Assembly: GCA_963693365.1 (NCBI GenBank)
Contig: CAVNZM010000016.1
Location: 6,927,029-6,991,028 of the forward strand
Reading direction: 5' to 3'
DNA: 64,000 bases
Origin: Amoebidium appalachense
Taxonomy: Eukaryota; Protista; Ichthyosporea
The translations under genes and the position numbers were made by a program. Below, piece after piece: positions 1 to 17,112 of this stretch (position 1 is the stretch's first letter; each line of letters begins with the position of its first letter). A model generated the notes under the pieces. It was not told the origin of the DNA and did no database searches. It was given only the letters and a program-made list of their open reading frames with translations.

Positions 1-592
1 TTTTATTTGCGAGGGATGCGTGCACCAGTCAGAGAAGAAGAAAAGGGCAACGGAAAGAAGATAAGAGAGAGGAGGGTGTGCTGTGGGTGTTGTTTTGTGT
101 CACGAGGTGTGGCGTACAAACCCACAACTTTTATGTGAGGAGTCAGAAGGGAACACGTAACAGAGAGTATGCAACAGGACTATCCCTAAAACAGAACCTA
201 GGGGGAGGATAGAACAATGAATCTCTGCACACGACTGCGATTCAAGACACCAAGAGAAGAGGAACATAAAGCATGGGGCAAAAAGGATGACTGCGACACA
301 GAATTAATAGCCTGGCAGGGTAGGGGTGAGTTTGGGCGGGAGGGAGGGAGAGAGGGTGGGTGGGTGGGTGGGGAGGGGGACAAGGGGTTGTTGATTCGAG
401 GCCGTGACACCCGTGGTGGTGGGCACGCATGTCTGTCTGTGTGTGTGTGCGTGTGTGCCCGAGAGAGGGGAGGGGCGGGGGAGGCCGGGGGTGGTGGTGG
501 GGGGGGGGTTGGAAGGGAGGTGGTGTGTGTGTGTGTTGGGGGGGGGGGGGGGGGAGGGGGGGGGGGACTGGGGGGAGGGAGGGGGGACATAC

Positions 593-2238
<1,646 letters not shown>

Positions 2239-3204
2239 GGCTGCGTGTGTGTGTTGTTCATGCACTTAGAAAGCTATTTCATTTATCATGTTGCAAATCA
2301 GAGTCGTTGACTTGCTTGTTGGCGTACCTGCAGGATCACAGTTCGTGGCGGCGAATTGCGTAATCGCATATAAAGCACTCCTGATAAAGCATTTCGATTA
2401 CAAACCATTTATAAAAGCGACATAATAGACAATTAGAATTATTAAACTATAAAGTCATTACACAATATCGGTGCCCAGCCCATACTCTGGCAGGTGACGA
2501 CTGATGGAGGCTCAGGTGTGTGTTGACCTTTTGCAATTATAGAAAAATGTGTTGACCTTTTGCAATGATAGAAAGTCTTACAGCCATAATGTCGGTAATG
2601 CACGCGTATGATACTGCATGGCCACCCTGTTACTACCGTATGGCATATATCAGTATACGTGTATGTATGAACAGCTGGCAGTATGTGCTTGTGTTGTTGT
2701 GTGTCTTTAGAGGAAGATTAGTCGGTAATTGTGACTCTGATGCCTGCTGGAGGAGGAAGGGAGGGAAGGGGGGAAGTTATAGCTAAGGCCTAGGGACTCA
2801 AGCTCCGCGTACGGATATTAAGGGGTTTTAGTTTTGGTTGAAATTGCCCGTTGAATAGCAAAAAGCACACTTCTGCGACAATGAAGAGAGAAATCTCAGG
2901 TGATGCTTCTGCATTGCCGACATGCCTGATGCCGCTAGAGGTACACGATGATATACAAATATACTGTTATAGTTTTAGAAGCCAAGTGACTGATTGTGCT
3001 CCCACTTTCGTCATACTACTGGAAGGGATACTGCCAACTTCAAAAAAATCTTCGAAGAGACCACCGACCCCCCAAAGTAACATCATTACTGCTGTATTAC
3101 TACATAATCTTTTCATTATTCAATCATTATGTTGGCAACAATCAACATATGCATGCCAAGACTATACTATACCATAATACCCGTGTCTTTTTTTGTAATG
3201 ATTT

Positions 3205-3672
3205 CTACAGCAAGTATTGGGCAACAGCCACCATGCCCACCACCACCATCATCCTCCCATCCACACCATTCCTCTGTGCGCTGCTTGGCTTTGCACTCTG
3301 TGATGCCCCCGATGCGGTTGGAGCCCCGCTTGAAGCCGAAGATGCACCAGAAGACACAGAGGTGGCCTGGCTAGCACTGGTACCGGTACCCACCACACTC
3401 TTAACCCCGCTAGCAGCAGCGCCAGCAACACTGGTTGCTTTGGCCGCGGCATTACTAGCAAGGCTACTTGCCCCCCCGACGGCCTGTGAGCCTGCGCTAA
3501 CAGCTGCGCTAGCCGCATTTGTGGCTACGCTAACGGCGTTGCTGGCGGCATTCTGTGCGCCCTGAACAATACTTTTGACGGGGCCGGTGGACGTGGGTGT
3601 GGGCTTTGCTGTGGTCTCGGCGGACGCGGTGGCGGCAAGCGCGAGAATGGCGAGTGTGGCGGCGACCTTCAT
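3205..3672 (-). CDS. Secreted, probably GPI-anchored Ala/Ser/Thr-rich surface protein (155 aa, single exon)
   Basis: N-terminal signal peptide MKVAATLAILALAATASA, a low-complexity A/S/T core and a hydrophobic C-terminus (MMVVVGMVAVAQYLL). CCAAT/ATTGG boxes lie upstream at ~3833-3963. Confidence 0.8.
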   Translation of the reverse strand: MKVAATLAILALAATASAETTAKPTPTSTGPVKSIVQGAQNAASNAVSVATNAASAAVSAGSQAVGGASSLASNAAAKATSVAGAAASGVKSVVGTGTSASQATSVSSGASSASSGAPTASGASQSAKPSSAQRNGVDGRMMVVVGMVAVAQYLL

Positions 3673-4475
3673 TTTGGTATATATGTGGAGGGGAAGAGTG
3701 GGGTGTGTGCTGGTCGTTGGATTGGATATACTGTATGGACAGAAAAGTGAGAAACGAAAACGGCAAGGTTTCTTTTTAGGGCGTTGGAAAAGCCTGGACG
3801 TCGCGTACTGTGCTGTAGACTTACGCCTCTAGCCAATAGGAAACGTCAGCGATGTTTCACCAATTTGTTCTACTGTGCAATGTGCATAACAAAAGTCTTT
3901 TTGATTGGCTATCCAAAAAAAGACTGTATATATATGGATAACGATGGTGAATGATTGTCCAATCAGATCTTAAGTCTACACAAGTCCTACTCCGATGATC
4001 CGGCCAAATGGTCCCATGATAACGCAGTACAGTAACAGTAGTAATGATATTTTTGTAGAATCATGTATATACATATGCACTGTATGTATACGCTGAGAGC
4101 CCCTATATTATATAATTGCGATTAGACTGTGTGCTGTGACCGTCACACAACTTGTGACTTAGGGGTTGACACATGACTCCTCGACATCATTGTGACTGAA
4201 TCAATACTCACAGCACGGCCATCTACAGTAGAAACACCGTGACTCACAGCAAGCTCATCATGCCCTGCCACGTGCGACTGTGGCCTCAGCCCCCTCTGGC
4301 GGTTGGCGCGTGATCACGTCGCTTCGGAAGAGAAGTTTTGTCAGCCTTGAAAAATAAGAGCTACCTCCAAAGGTAGCAGAATTATGCAGCAAGCCTTCTC
4401 CTATTTGTCTGACACAGTATACGCTTTTTGTAGGAGGTCTTTAGCGCTAGCGCAAGCTCATCATGCCATATTATT

Positions 4476-5835
<1,360 letters not shown>

Positions 5836-5970
5836 TGTGCAGCAGATGGGAAAATTCAGTGCGCGTTGGGGAATTGCATGTTCACAGGGGTTTACACACT
5901 TTTTATTGCGTGGACACTGCCGGAGGCCCAGCCATATTCGACGGCCTACTGCGTTTTCCAGCACAGCCAA

Positions 5971-7401
5971 TCAAATGCAGCCAGTGACATATGTACATGC
6001 TAGGCAACAATGAGCGCCATCGTAGTATATGACACCCCTATTACATATTATGGGTAAGCAGAGGCTAGCATCGGTACTAGCTCCGAAAGAAAGAAAGTTA
6101 AGGCACCGGATCACAATATCATACTGTGCAGCATTAATAAGGTGATCTAGGATAGTCATCTTAAAACGGATATATTGAGGAAGAGAGGAAGAAAAGAGAA
6201 TAAAACCGCCAATAACCTCCGGTTCTAATACATTAGCTAACAGGTTGCATTTATTAATAGATATGCAGCCGCGAGTAAACCGCCCCCCACACATATTACA
6301 CATACGAGCAGGAGACACCAGAAACCGATTACACCGCCAAGCCATAATCATCTTTGCGTTTTTACACCACACCACATTACGAATAAACGAATATAGTATG
6401 TATGAACGAGACTCTCTAACCGTATCCGCCATATAGGCTACTAGTAGTTGGTGTTTTCGCGGTCCTAACACCGGAAGGGACTCAACACGTAGAGTAAAAA
6501 GATATCTATCAGCCATAGACTTGAAACTATTCATATTCACACTATGATCTAGCCGTACCTCCGGTGGGGTCGCCAGCCATTCCACATAACGCTCGGCAAT
6601 GGGCAGAGACGATGGGGAAGGGAAGAGGTAGAGGGGCGAGTCCGGCGGGGATGCGTGTAGCCGGAAGAGCGGGTGGTCCGGGGCACAAGCGGACAGGCGG
6701 GTGATGTGCTCGTGAAATTTAAGGGCTAATTCGTGTACGCGTTGTGATGGTGGTGTGAGTGCGTAGAGAGAATCAAAAAGGCGTCTAGGGATAGGTGTGG
6801 AAAGACCAGTGAGAAACGTACAACAAGTTGTGTAGTGGAAATTATCTATTGATTTGAGGACATTAGTAACAGTATCAGGGGGTGCCATAGCTAGTAAGGG
6901 CAACCCGTATTCAGACAAAGGGCGAATATATGTGCGAAATATACTAAGACGGTTGTATAGGTGGACAGTATGGAAGTAGCAAGATACACATCCCTAAATA
7001 ACCGAAGACACCTGCCTGCACTCTCCACCCGACGGTCGATCATCCGTTTGAAACATATGCCCCATTCGTCCACCGGAATCCCCAAATACTTGTATTCGAT
7101 TGGGCGAGGGAGGGGACTGCCGAAAATACAAACGCCGTCCCATGCCGGTATCGATTTTGATAAAAGGGCAGGCTTTTTGACATTAACCTTCATACCGTTG
7201 CGCTGGCACCAATGTTCAACCACACGAATGTATTGCCGTAGTTCGAGAGGATCGGATGACAATAAGCACAATATCATCGTCGGCAAAAAAGAGGGCGGGG
7301 GGAGCCTGGGATGGCAACCCCCCGTCAATTTGTGCCGCAGAAAGAGTGTCGGCTAAATCATCAATATACAGGTTGAAAAGAAGAGGGCTTAGCTCTGCTA
7401 C
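5971..7401 (-). mobile_element. 5'-truncated, frameshifted non-LTR retrotransposon (RT C-terminal half plus Cys-knuckle region)
   Basis: RT motifs LSPLLFNLYIDDL, LFFADD, W..NGMKVNVKK, YKYLG and IRPLSEYG are spread over three frames. A C-terminal CNMC..C cluster follows. Confidence 0.88.
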
Positions 7402-9098
7402 GCGGCGATCAGCTACGCCTGACTTTCCACAAACCAAGGTGCGCTCTAAATCTGGAAACCAATCATAATCAGAGAAACTACTACATTCCCCAATGAAATT
7501 ACCGCGGCGTCACGGTCATCCTTTGCAAGACCAATGCACCCCTATCCGTGCAGGTCTATCTGTTCGAAGAGAGGGGCTGTAGGACGAGAAGCTTCGCTCA
7601 TCCGTTGATATTACTGTGGTGTCATCCTTTGCGGCTCCCGCCAAATCGGCTCTCGCCAAATCTGACCATCCGCGAACCAAAGGCCCAGCACGTGATCGGC
7701 GACTTATCAGGGCCGAGCCATCACAAACACAACGTTGTAGCTCGAATAGAACTCCCCTTGTAGCATAGTATATGACATTGTCCACGTGTTACCTAGACAT
7801 TATTGGTTTTTTCAATAACTACCCACAGAACAGCTTCTAGCACGAGACATTTACCACAAAGTTTATGGGGGGGATGGTGAATGTGCCTCTGGAGTACGAG
7901 GGTCACACGAAAAAAAACACAACATTGTAGCCCGGATTGAAACCCCCCTTGCATCATATATATATAATATATAATGCGGCATGTGTTACTTTCACGTTAT
8001 TGTTTTCCTAGCACGAGATATTCAGCACACAGTTGGTGTTGTGGGGGCAGTGTACACCTACAATATCAGGGGTACCGCGCGGCAAAAACACCCCCCGGGG
8101 GGGGGGGGGGGGGGGGGGGGTCATGCGTGCGATGGTGCACTAATTATTACGTTAACTAGGCAGGGTATAGCATCAACGTTATTATATGCCATGCTGCTGA
8201 GTTTCTTTGTTTGTACACCCGTCACCAGTCAATTTATTGGTGTTGGCGCCCACCTGTGACACCACCTCGGAAGACTGGGGTCACAAGTGGTGCACACGGC
8301 GGATAAATATCATCAAACTGTAGCTGCAAAAGAATGTGCAATTTTGCATCACTGTCTGGTATTTGCCTATTCCCCTCCCTCCCCCCCCCCCCCCCCCCCC
8401 ACCCCCGCCCCCCTTTTTTTCCACCCCCCCCCCCCCCCACACCGGGCCCCTCCCCCCCCCCCCCCCCCCCCCCCCCCCCAGGCCTCTCCACACCACACAC
8501 ACACGCACCACACACACACACTGCTGCAGAGCTACATGGATACCATCACCATCACACGTGACGATATTTAATTAGTATTGGTGATATTGTACCAATACGT
8601 AACGTATATTGGTAATACATAGTACATAGAATTTATATATCACACGAATATAAATAATACGAGAGCCATATATATGGGGACCCCATCCCGAATCGCACGC
8701 ACGCGTGTATACGTCGCGTTGAAGATGTACTCCATCAACCAACAATTAACATAACAACGAGTACACAGACCTGCCCGGGTGTACATACACGTCTGGGTGT
8801 TCACATCTTCCCCTGGCCAACACATGACCTTTCTACGTAAACCGGGGATGGGCCTTGAGTAAACAGCGTTAACATTATAACTTATTAATAAGCTCCTTCG
8901 GAACGTATGGCAACGGTGTCCGAAATATGTCCACCATATCGCCAACCTCACCGATCCACCGAGAATCGATCCAATCACATTATGTACACCATGGGAATCC
9001 GCTTCTGATAGCAAATAGTGATTGGCTAAAACCAATCCAGTTTGCAATTTTTTGTCCGTTTAAGCCTGTGCGCACGCTGTTTGCTCCATTTCTCTTCC

Positions 9099-9222
9099 CC
9101 CTTCCCGCAGGTCCGCAGGTCCTTTCCCGCAGGTCGCCTGGTCGCAGGTCCCTTCCCGCAGGTCGCCTGGTCGCAGTTCCCTTCCCGCAGGTCGCCTGGT
9201 CACAGGTCCCCTCCGCAGGTCG
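9099..9222. repeat. ~29-bp tandem minisatellite (CCCTTCCCGCAGGTCGCCTGGTCGCAGGT)
   Basis: About 3 full copies plus partial copies are visible. Confidence 0.9.
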
Positions 9223-9839
9223 CGCAGCCACCGTGCTGAATGGTTTCGACCATGCTGCATGCTGCAGCTTCTTCCCCTAACGGCTGAAAGGCCGTTTGAA
9301 GGTTAGTTTTGTGTTGCCTGCTTTTGTGCATGTGGCGTTTGTCTGTCTGGTCTGTGTCCGTACCTGTGATCATTATCATCAGATGTCTGTGTCTGTGTCT
9401 GTGTCTGTGTGCGTGTGTGTGTATGTGTATGTGTGTGCGTGCGTGTGCGTGTGTCTGCTGGCTGCAGATGCACGTTGCCTTTTCACGTTCATGAACCAGC
9501 GACTGCCGTGGGCACTACTTTTGCTGTTAGCACTATAGCTATCATCCCCTCCACCAATCGTTCAAGCTATTTTCTGCTTCTCTAGACTTCATAAGTTCTG
9601 GTCCGGGTTTCCGTCCTTACTATGTTTGAGGTTGGTTCTGTCAACTCTTTTTTTGCCACTCTCAGTCAGCCCCCTCAGTCCCCGCCCCCCCCCCCCCCCC
9701 CCCCCCCCCCACTTCTCGCAAGTAGGATGAGCTAATTCGTAGCTCGAGTTCCTTTACAGGTTTTGCCAACTTGACTTCATGGGCCGTGACGTTGGACACA
9801 CGAGACAATCAGCAGCTCCAAGGCTACCTTATCATCTAG

Positions 9840-10361
9840 AGGTGGGTACCGGCTCTTTGTCCTATGGCTGCTGTTGTTTCCGTTTTTCGTTTCTGTGTTG
9901 CTCTTATAGCACGATGACTGGTTCTTTGATCTGTGCATGTTTAGCATCCATAGGTGGGTACCGGTTCTTTGTCCTATGGCTGCTGTTGTTTCCGTGTTTC
10001 GTTTCTGTGTTGCTCTTATAGCACGATGACTGATCATGTTGGCTTTGTTCAGATTTGCCTGCTTTGATCTGTGCATGTTTAGCACCCAATGGCATAGGTG
10101 GGTACCGGCTCTTTGTCCTGTTAAGGTAAATAAAGTATGGAGGCAAGACCCTGTGGGTCTGGGGCTCTTTGTCCTATGGCTGCTGTTGTTTCCGTGTTTC
10201 GTTTCTGTGTTGCTCTTATAGCACGATGACTGATCATGTTGGCTTTGTCCAGATTTGCCTGGCAGTGCTTTGATCTGTGCATGTTTAGCACCCATAGGTG
10301 GGTACCGGCTCTTTGTCCTGTTAAGGTAAATAAAGTATGGAGGCAAGACCCTGTGGGTCTG
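9840..10361. repeat. Composite modular tandem repeat (~110-200 bp units)
   Basis: GGTGGGTACCGG(C/T)TCTTTGTCCT occurs 4 times and ATGGCTGCTGTTGTTTCCGT...GCACGATGACTG 3 times. GTTAAGGTAAATAAAGTATGGAGGCAAGACCCTGTGGGTCTGG occurs twice. Confidence 0.9.
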
Positions 10362-10420
10362 GCACCTCGTCGTCGTCCTCGATCGTCAAAGGTTTATGTG
10401 GGGTGGGTGGTGGTCCCCGG

Positions 10421-10454
<34 letters not shown>

Positions 10455-10815
10455 TAAGATATCATCACGACATCCTCCAGCCATCCAACAGATGACTTTA
10501 AGGTTGACCACGGTCTTTTTAGTGTGACTTTTAGAACATCCTGAAAGATGGCTTTAAAATTGCATCAAGAAATCTTCCGGTGCTCTTACCAGAACTATGA
10601 AGATAAAATTATTCTATCTATGGGAGCGACCATATATAAGGACTGCTGTTAACAACCATGTGTGAGTTATAATCTTTCGGGAAATTCATGGTTCACAACA
10701 ATTGAGGCGCTTTTGGGGGTGACAACATCGCTTCAAATTCGGCCAGTTCAACATTCCAGAAAAAAAATATCTTTTTTTTTTAGGATGGGTGGGTGGTGGT
10801 GGTGGTGGTGGTGGT

Positions 10816-10875
<60 letters not shown>

Positions 10876-11309
10876 GGGGGCAGGGTGACCCAATCATTTG
10901 TCCAGAACCACTAAGATGTTAACTCATTTTCGATTCTTCCTTTTTTTTCCCGAACGTTTTATTCCATACTGCCGCCTTCGGGTAGGTCGTACCGGCCCTG
11001 GGACACAACTATACCAACCGTACAGACTGACTATAAATAGATTCTGAAGTAAACGGTTACCGGATGATATTTCGGAAAGAACGATAATTATCTAGCATTG
11101 CAATGACATGAGTGCTCTTTCGGGACATTCGATCATGCCAGGGCGTCAAAAATTTGGATATGAGTTACACGCACAGGTAAGGTGGTGTGGCTGCACAGAT
11201 AAATAAGAATTGCCTGTTTGTAGGTAGGGCTGTGTAGACATGTGCATGAGTGCACGCGTGTTGACCTGTGTACGACAAATTAGGGGGACGGTGTTTGCGG
11301 GTGTTACAT

Positions 11310-12022
<713 letters not shown>

Positions 12023-12296
12023 TCTTGGTGTTGGTGGTGGTGGTGGAGGGGAGGGGGGGAGGGGGGACGGGAGAGGAGGGAGGGGTTGCCCTGTGACCGG
12101 TTGGAGGAAGCCGTAAACTTAGAGGGAACCGATGCCAGAGAAGAAAGAGGTTGGGGGGGGGGGGGGGGGGGGGGGGAGACTGGGATGACTGGGTATAGAT
12201 GGCTAGACGATGGATTTCGGAGTCAAATGTTGGAGCTGGATAGGGGGTGATGTTGGACTGGAAGGGTTGACGTGGGGCCGCCTGGATGGGGGGGAA

Positions 12297-12344
<48 letters not shown>

Positions 12345-13890
12345 AATTGGTTTTTTTTTTTATGGGGGGGGGGGGGGGGGGGGTAATTGGTTTTTTTTTT
12401 TTTTTATCGGGGGGGGGGGGGGGGGGAGGGGTTTGTTTGGGGGAAGAGGGGGGGGGGGGGGGTTTGAGGGGGAGGGGAGGGGGTGGGTGGGTGGGTGGGT
12501 GGGGGGGGGGGGGGGGGGGGGAGGTATTTTTAGTTTCTTTGAAACTGGTGGGAATCATTGAAACAATTGATTTGTTATTTTATTCCTTGGGGGAGGTGCA
12601 GAAAAATTGAAGCCAGCAGTGGGGGTAAATGGAACGGGGGGGGGGGTACTAGGGGGGGAAGGAAGAGGGGGTGTTGTTTTGCAAGTGTTGGTTTTAATCA
12701 CATCATATCGAGGGATGGGTGGGGCCTGGCCGACACAGAAAAGGAGAATAGATGTTGTCAACAAGGTGTGTCGTCTCCCTAGACTGTTTAGAAGCGGCTA
12801 CCTAATATGGATATTAAGAGTATCCGTGTTCGAAATTCTATCTAGATCTCTGTTCTGTTTTTCTGAATACTTTTTGCTCTGTCTAAGTGCTTATGTGTTT
12901 CTCTGTAGGATTTCAGCTCTATGTTGAACATTTCACTAAGTCGACTCCCTGAGTTCAGCTTCCACCAACATTAATCCCCCCCCCCCCCCCCCCCCCCCCC
13001 CCCACCACCACGGGCCCCTCCCCGTTATGCCGTAACGGGGGATTTAGGGGGACATAGAAGCTGACTTTCTTAGACTGGTCAAAAAATGCTTGAAAATTGA
13101 AAAAAACAGCAGCTATTTCTAAGGTGTTATTCATATTTAAATCTAACCCCCCCCCCCCCCCCCCCCCCCCCACCCCCCCACCCCACCACCCCCTCCTGGG
13201 GCCGCGTGATTCCGGGCCAAACATCCCTTTTCCACCCACCTAAAGCAGTATTCTGAACGGTGAACTTAGGCCAAAGGTAACTATGATTGTTGAGGTTAGG
13301 CTTTTATCGTGCTCACCGTGCAGTATTCTTGTAATGATCTGCGTGGTGGGATGATGTATATACATGTGTGACGGTGCACGTGTGGTGTGGGTGAGTGTTT
13401 ATTTCTTGTGCATGTCGCTGGTTTGTGCACCTCGGTGCTTGTATGGTACATGTGTGTGCATTTGTGTGTGCGCGGTGGGGGGGATTGGAGACGAGTCCCA
13501 CCCAGGCCCGCAAAGAAAGGGACGCCCTTCGTGATCGGGGGGGGGGGGGGGGGGGGGGGGGGGGGAGGGGGGGGGGGAGGGGGGAGAGGGGGAAAGGGGG
13601 GGGGCTCGAGCATGACCGTACTGTGTAGCTATTATAGCCTGGGTTTCAGGTTTTCATTATCATAATCAAGGACTCCTGGATATATCACATCGGACTAAAC
13701 CATTTTTTGAAGGTCTGAAGGTCTGCCGCTGTAGCGGGTTGACTAAACCGCTGGGAAATCATGATCAAAGTAGTCACTTATCATACGGTATAAAGACCAG
13801 ATTACCCGGCGTTTAAGTTATATAGTAGTCGTGCCAAGCTGTGGGGTGTGTGCACTTTGAGTAACCACCAACTCAGGTGGGTGGTGGTGG

Positions 13891-13933
<43 letters not shown>

Positions 13934-14317
13934 TGCTCCCCATGTTGGCAATTATAAAACATGCAGTTTATCAAAATCCCCACCACAGCAGATTTGGGAT
14001 GATCTATTAATTCGGCCATTGAGTCAGCGAGGGAAGGTTGGGAAAATCTAAGGTTATTCCTGGGAATAACGTATGTTCTGTGTGCTGACCATCGGATAAG
14101 CAGGACCACAGTCTGTTAAGGGTAGCACTTTTAGGCCGATTAATTGTCCCCATTCCAGCACATGCGGGTCAAGCCATTTGCTCAGCCTGAAATCGAAATT
14201 TGGAACTGCAACCTTCTTCCTAACGATTTATCATTATTTTCCCCTTCTTTCTTTTTTTCCTCTTTTCTTTTCCTTTTTTGTTGTGTCATGGCCGCGTCTG
14301 TACCTTGCTGCCGGCAA

Positions 14318-14348
<31 letters not shown>

Positions 14349-14385
14349 CGGGCCTCCCCCCCCCCCCCCCCCCCCAGCCACACAC

Positions 14386-14447
<62 letters not shown>

Positions 14448-14450
14448 CGT

Positions 14451-14591
<141 letters not shown>

Positions 14592-15042
14592 AAAAAAAAA
14601 AGGCCTATAAAACTTGACTCAGAAACAGGCTTCATAAAACTTTCACGTGAGAAAAAGAACTTTGACTCACACCAACACACACACCAGGAAAACATAGCTT
14701 GCAAAGGAGTCCTTGTTGTCAAGAAATAATGATTAGTCCTAGACAAACAAAAGGACAGTGCATGCGCAAAGTGAAATTGTAAACTCCAGAAGGTGCATGC
14801 CTTGCCTAAGTTTTCCCATTGGCCATATGCTGCTATTAGGCGATCAGCTCACAGAACACTCTATCTTATTTTGGGACCCGCCTAAAGCTTGCCTAAATGA
14901 CTGCCCTTCTCCTCAACCCTTTTGAAATATTAATAAACACTCTTTTTTCATCTCAGGCCAGGCCACACCTCATCCCTTTGAGCTGTGTTATTCCCTCCTC
15001 CCGACCCCCCTCCTCCCCCCCCCCCCCCCCCCCCCCCCCGGG

Positions 15043-15085
<43 letters not shown>

Positions 15086-15601
15086 ACACACACACACACA
15101 TACCAAGACCAAAAAAAACAACAAATAAATAAATAAATAAATAAATAATCAAACAAAAATATAATGCCATGTGTAAACTGAGTGGCTGGCTTCAAGAAAG
15201 TTTACCAGGCACTTCAAGAAAGTTTACCAGGCACTTATATTTACCACTTAACTACCCCATGACCACGGCCATCTAGAAACACCCTAGATGGCCGTGCCCA
15301 TGACCCAGTAGTGGCTTTGGACGAAAGTCTGTTTCCTGTGGGGCAAATAAAAAAAAACTGGCACAATTGCAACTGGCAGGGACTCGCGGAAAGCTTTCAA
15401 CGGAACTTAAAAATAATGACAAAAAATGTAAATGAGGTTCTCGTGGAACATGAGAAAACACGTTATTTGCACGTGGTTTGTCACATGCTGTAACTCACGA
15501 ATTAACACTCGAAAAGTGTACACACGTGTACTGTAAGGACCGTGAAGTAGTAAGAAGTGTACTTTAACCATTATATGCCATTTGGCACCCTAATCTACAT
15601 C

Positions 15602-15674
15602 GGGGGTGTAGCTCAGATGGTAGAGCGCTCGCTTAGCATGCGAGAGGCACGGGGATCGATACCCCGCACCTCCA
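15602..15674 (+). tRNA. tRNA-Ala-AGC: tRNA-Ala (anticodon AGC)
   Basis: 73-nt cloverleaf. Acceptor stem GGGGGTG/CACCTCC carries the G3:U70 Ala identity pair. D-arm GCTC-AGATGGTA-GAGC, anticodon arm CTCGC-TTAGCAT-GCGAG, T-arm CGGGG-ATCGATA-CCCCG. A TTTTT Pol III terminator follows. Confidence 0.97.
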
Positions 15675-15792
15675 TAGTTTTATTTCTTTTATTTTTTTGT
15701 GTTAGTTTCGCCCCGTTTATCGGCCTATGTAGGTACTGCGAAGCTAACGGGGTATGGCTTTGGGTGAGAAAAAGGAGGTGTTTTTTCAAAGG

Positions 15793-16537
15793 GGCTGAGG
15801 GGAGACACTTGTCGATGTCGGCCTACCACCAACATTTTGAGGGGCCACCCGCACCTACAGCCTGCAATGTTGTCCTGCTCTTCGATCACAAAGCCACATA
15901 CATCCACACAATCAGTGGTGTGCTCTTGCCTCTCAAAGATCTTACCCGCTGGGAAATCCCACTCCAGAACCGTATGCGCTGCCCGGATGATTGCCTGAAG
16001 TACCCGTGTTGGTTCTCAGCTGGGCACCGCAGTCAACAAGCAGTGGCTTCCTACTGAGAAGGGAGCTCATGAGACGATTGCATGCGCATGCCCACGCCTC
16101 AGCAAAGGCATACTTCACAATCCCACATCCAACCCTAGGCTTGTACCCGTGTTGGTTCTCAGCTGGGCACCGCAGTCAACAAGCAGTGGCTTCCTACTGA
16201 GAAGGGAGCTCATGAGACGATTGCATGCGCATGCCCACGCCTCAGCAAAGGCATACTTCACAATCCCACATCCAACCCTAGGCTTGACTTCAGGCAATCA
16301 TCCGGGCAGCGCATACGGTTCTGGAGTGGGATTTCCCAGCGGGCAAGATCTTTGAGAGGCAAGAGCACACCACTGATTGTGTGGATGTATGTGGCTTTGT
16401 GATCGAAGAGCAGGACAACATTGCAGGCTGTAGGTGCGGGTGGCCCCTCAAAATGTTGGTGGTAGGCCGACATCGACATGTGTCTCCCCTCAGCCGCTTG
16501 TTGACTGCGGTGCCCAGCTGAGAACCAACACGGGTAC
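15793..16537. repeat. Foldback: 209-bp inverted repeats around a 2 x 143-bp tandem duplication, plus a 42-bp inverted partial copy
   Basis: A is 15793-16001 and A' is 16287-16495 (2 mismatches seen). B is 16000-16142 and 16143-16285. Segment 16496-16537 is the reverse complement of 16000-16041. Confidence 0.93.
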
Positions 16538-17112
16538 ACCGTATGCCGACTCAGTGAATCATGATGAGGCTGGTAACATATTTTGTGCGGGTGGCCTACA
16601 GTAATATAATCCACCACGATGAATTCCGCATTAAAAGATTTGCTTTCAACACATTCATGTATGGGGTGGTCATAATACGATGAGCTCCGTCTTAAACACA
16701 TACATGTATGGGGTGGACATAATACACAACGAATTTGCATACAACTGTGTCAACGCAACAGCTCGTAAATCCACCCCCCCCCCCCCCCAGGGGGTGACCA
16801 AAGTTCGTGTCCATCAGTTGACATAGTTGTGTTGGGGGACATGCTCAATCGTAGACACATTGTGTTTTGTTACTGCAACACACGACAAGCAGGGTCATGC
16901 TCCTGGCGCTCCTCGGAAGAGGGCATTGATCGGTCTCGTGTACCCGCCCATGAGCGTTCTTTCGTTCTCTCACTTTTTTGGGTGATGGGGGGGAAAGGGA
17001 GGGACTCCGGGAGGGCTAAGAGGGAGCAGGGGGGGGGGGGGGGGTAACAATTAAGACACAAAGAAAGCAATATGATTGTGTTGTGTGCGGTGGCACGTTG
17101 CCCCATGGGCAT

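Noticed and set aside
9840-10361. CRISPR-like repeat/spacer array
   Set aside because: The intervening segments are themselves repeated, there are no cas genes, and the context is eukaryotic.
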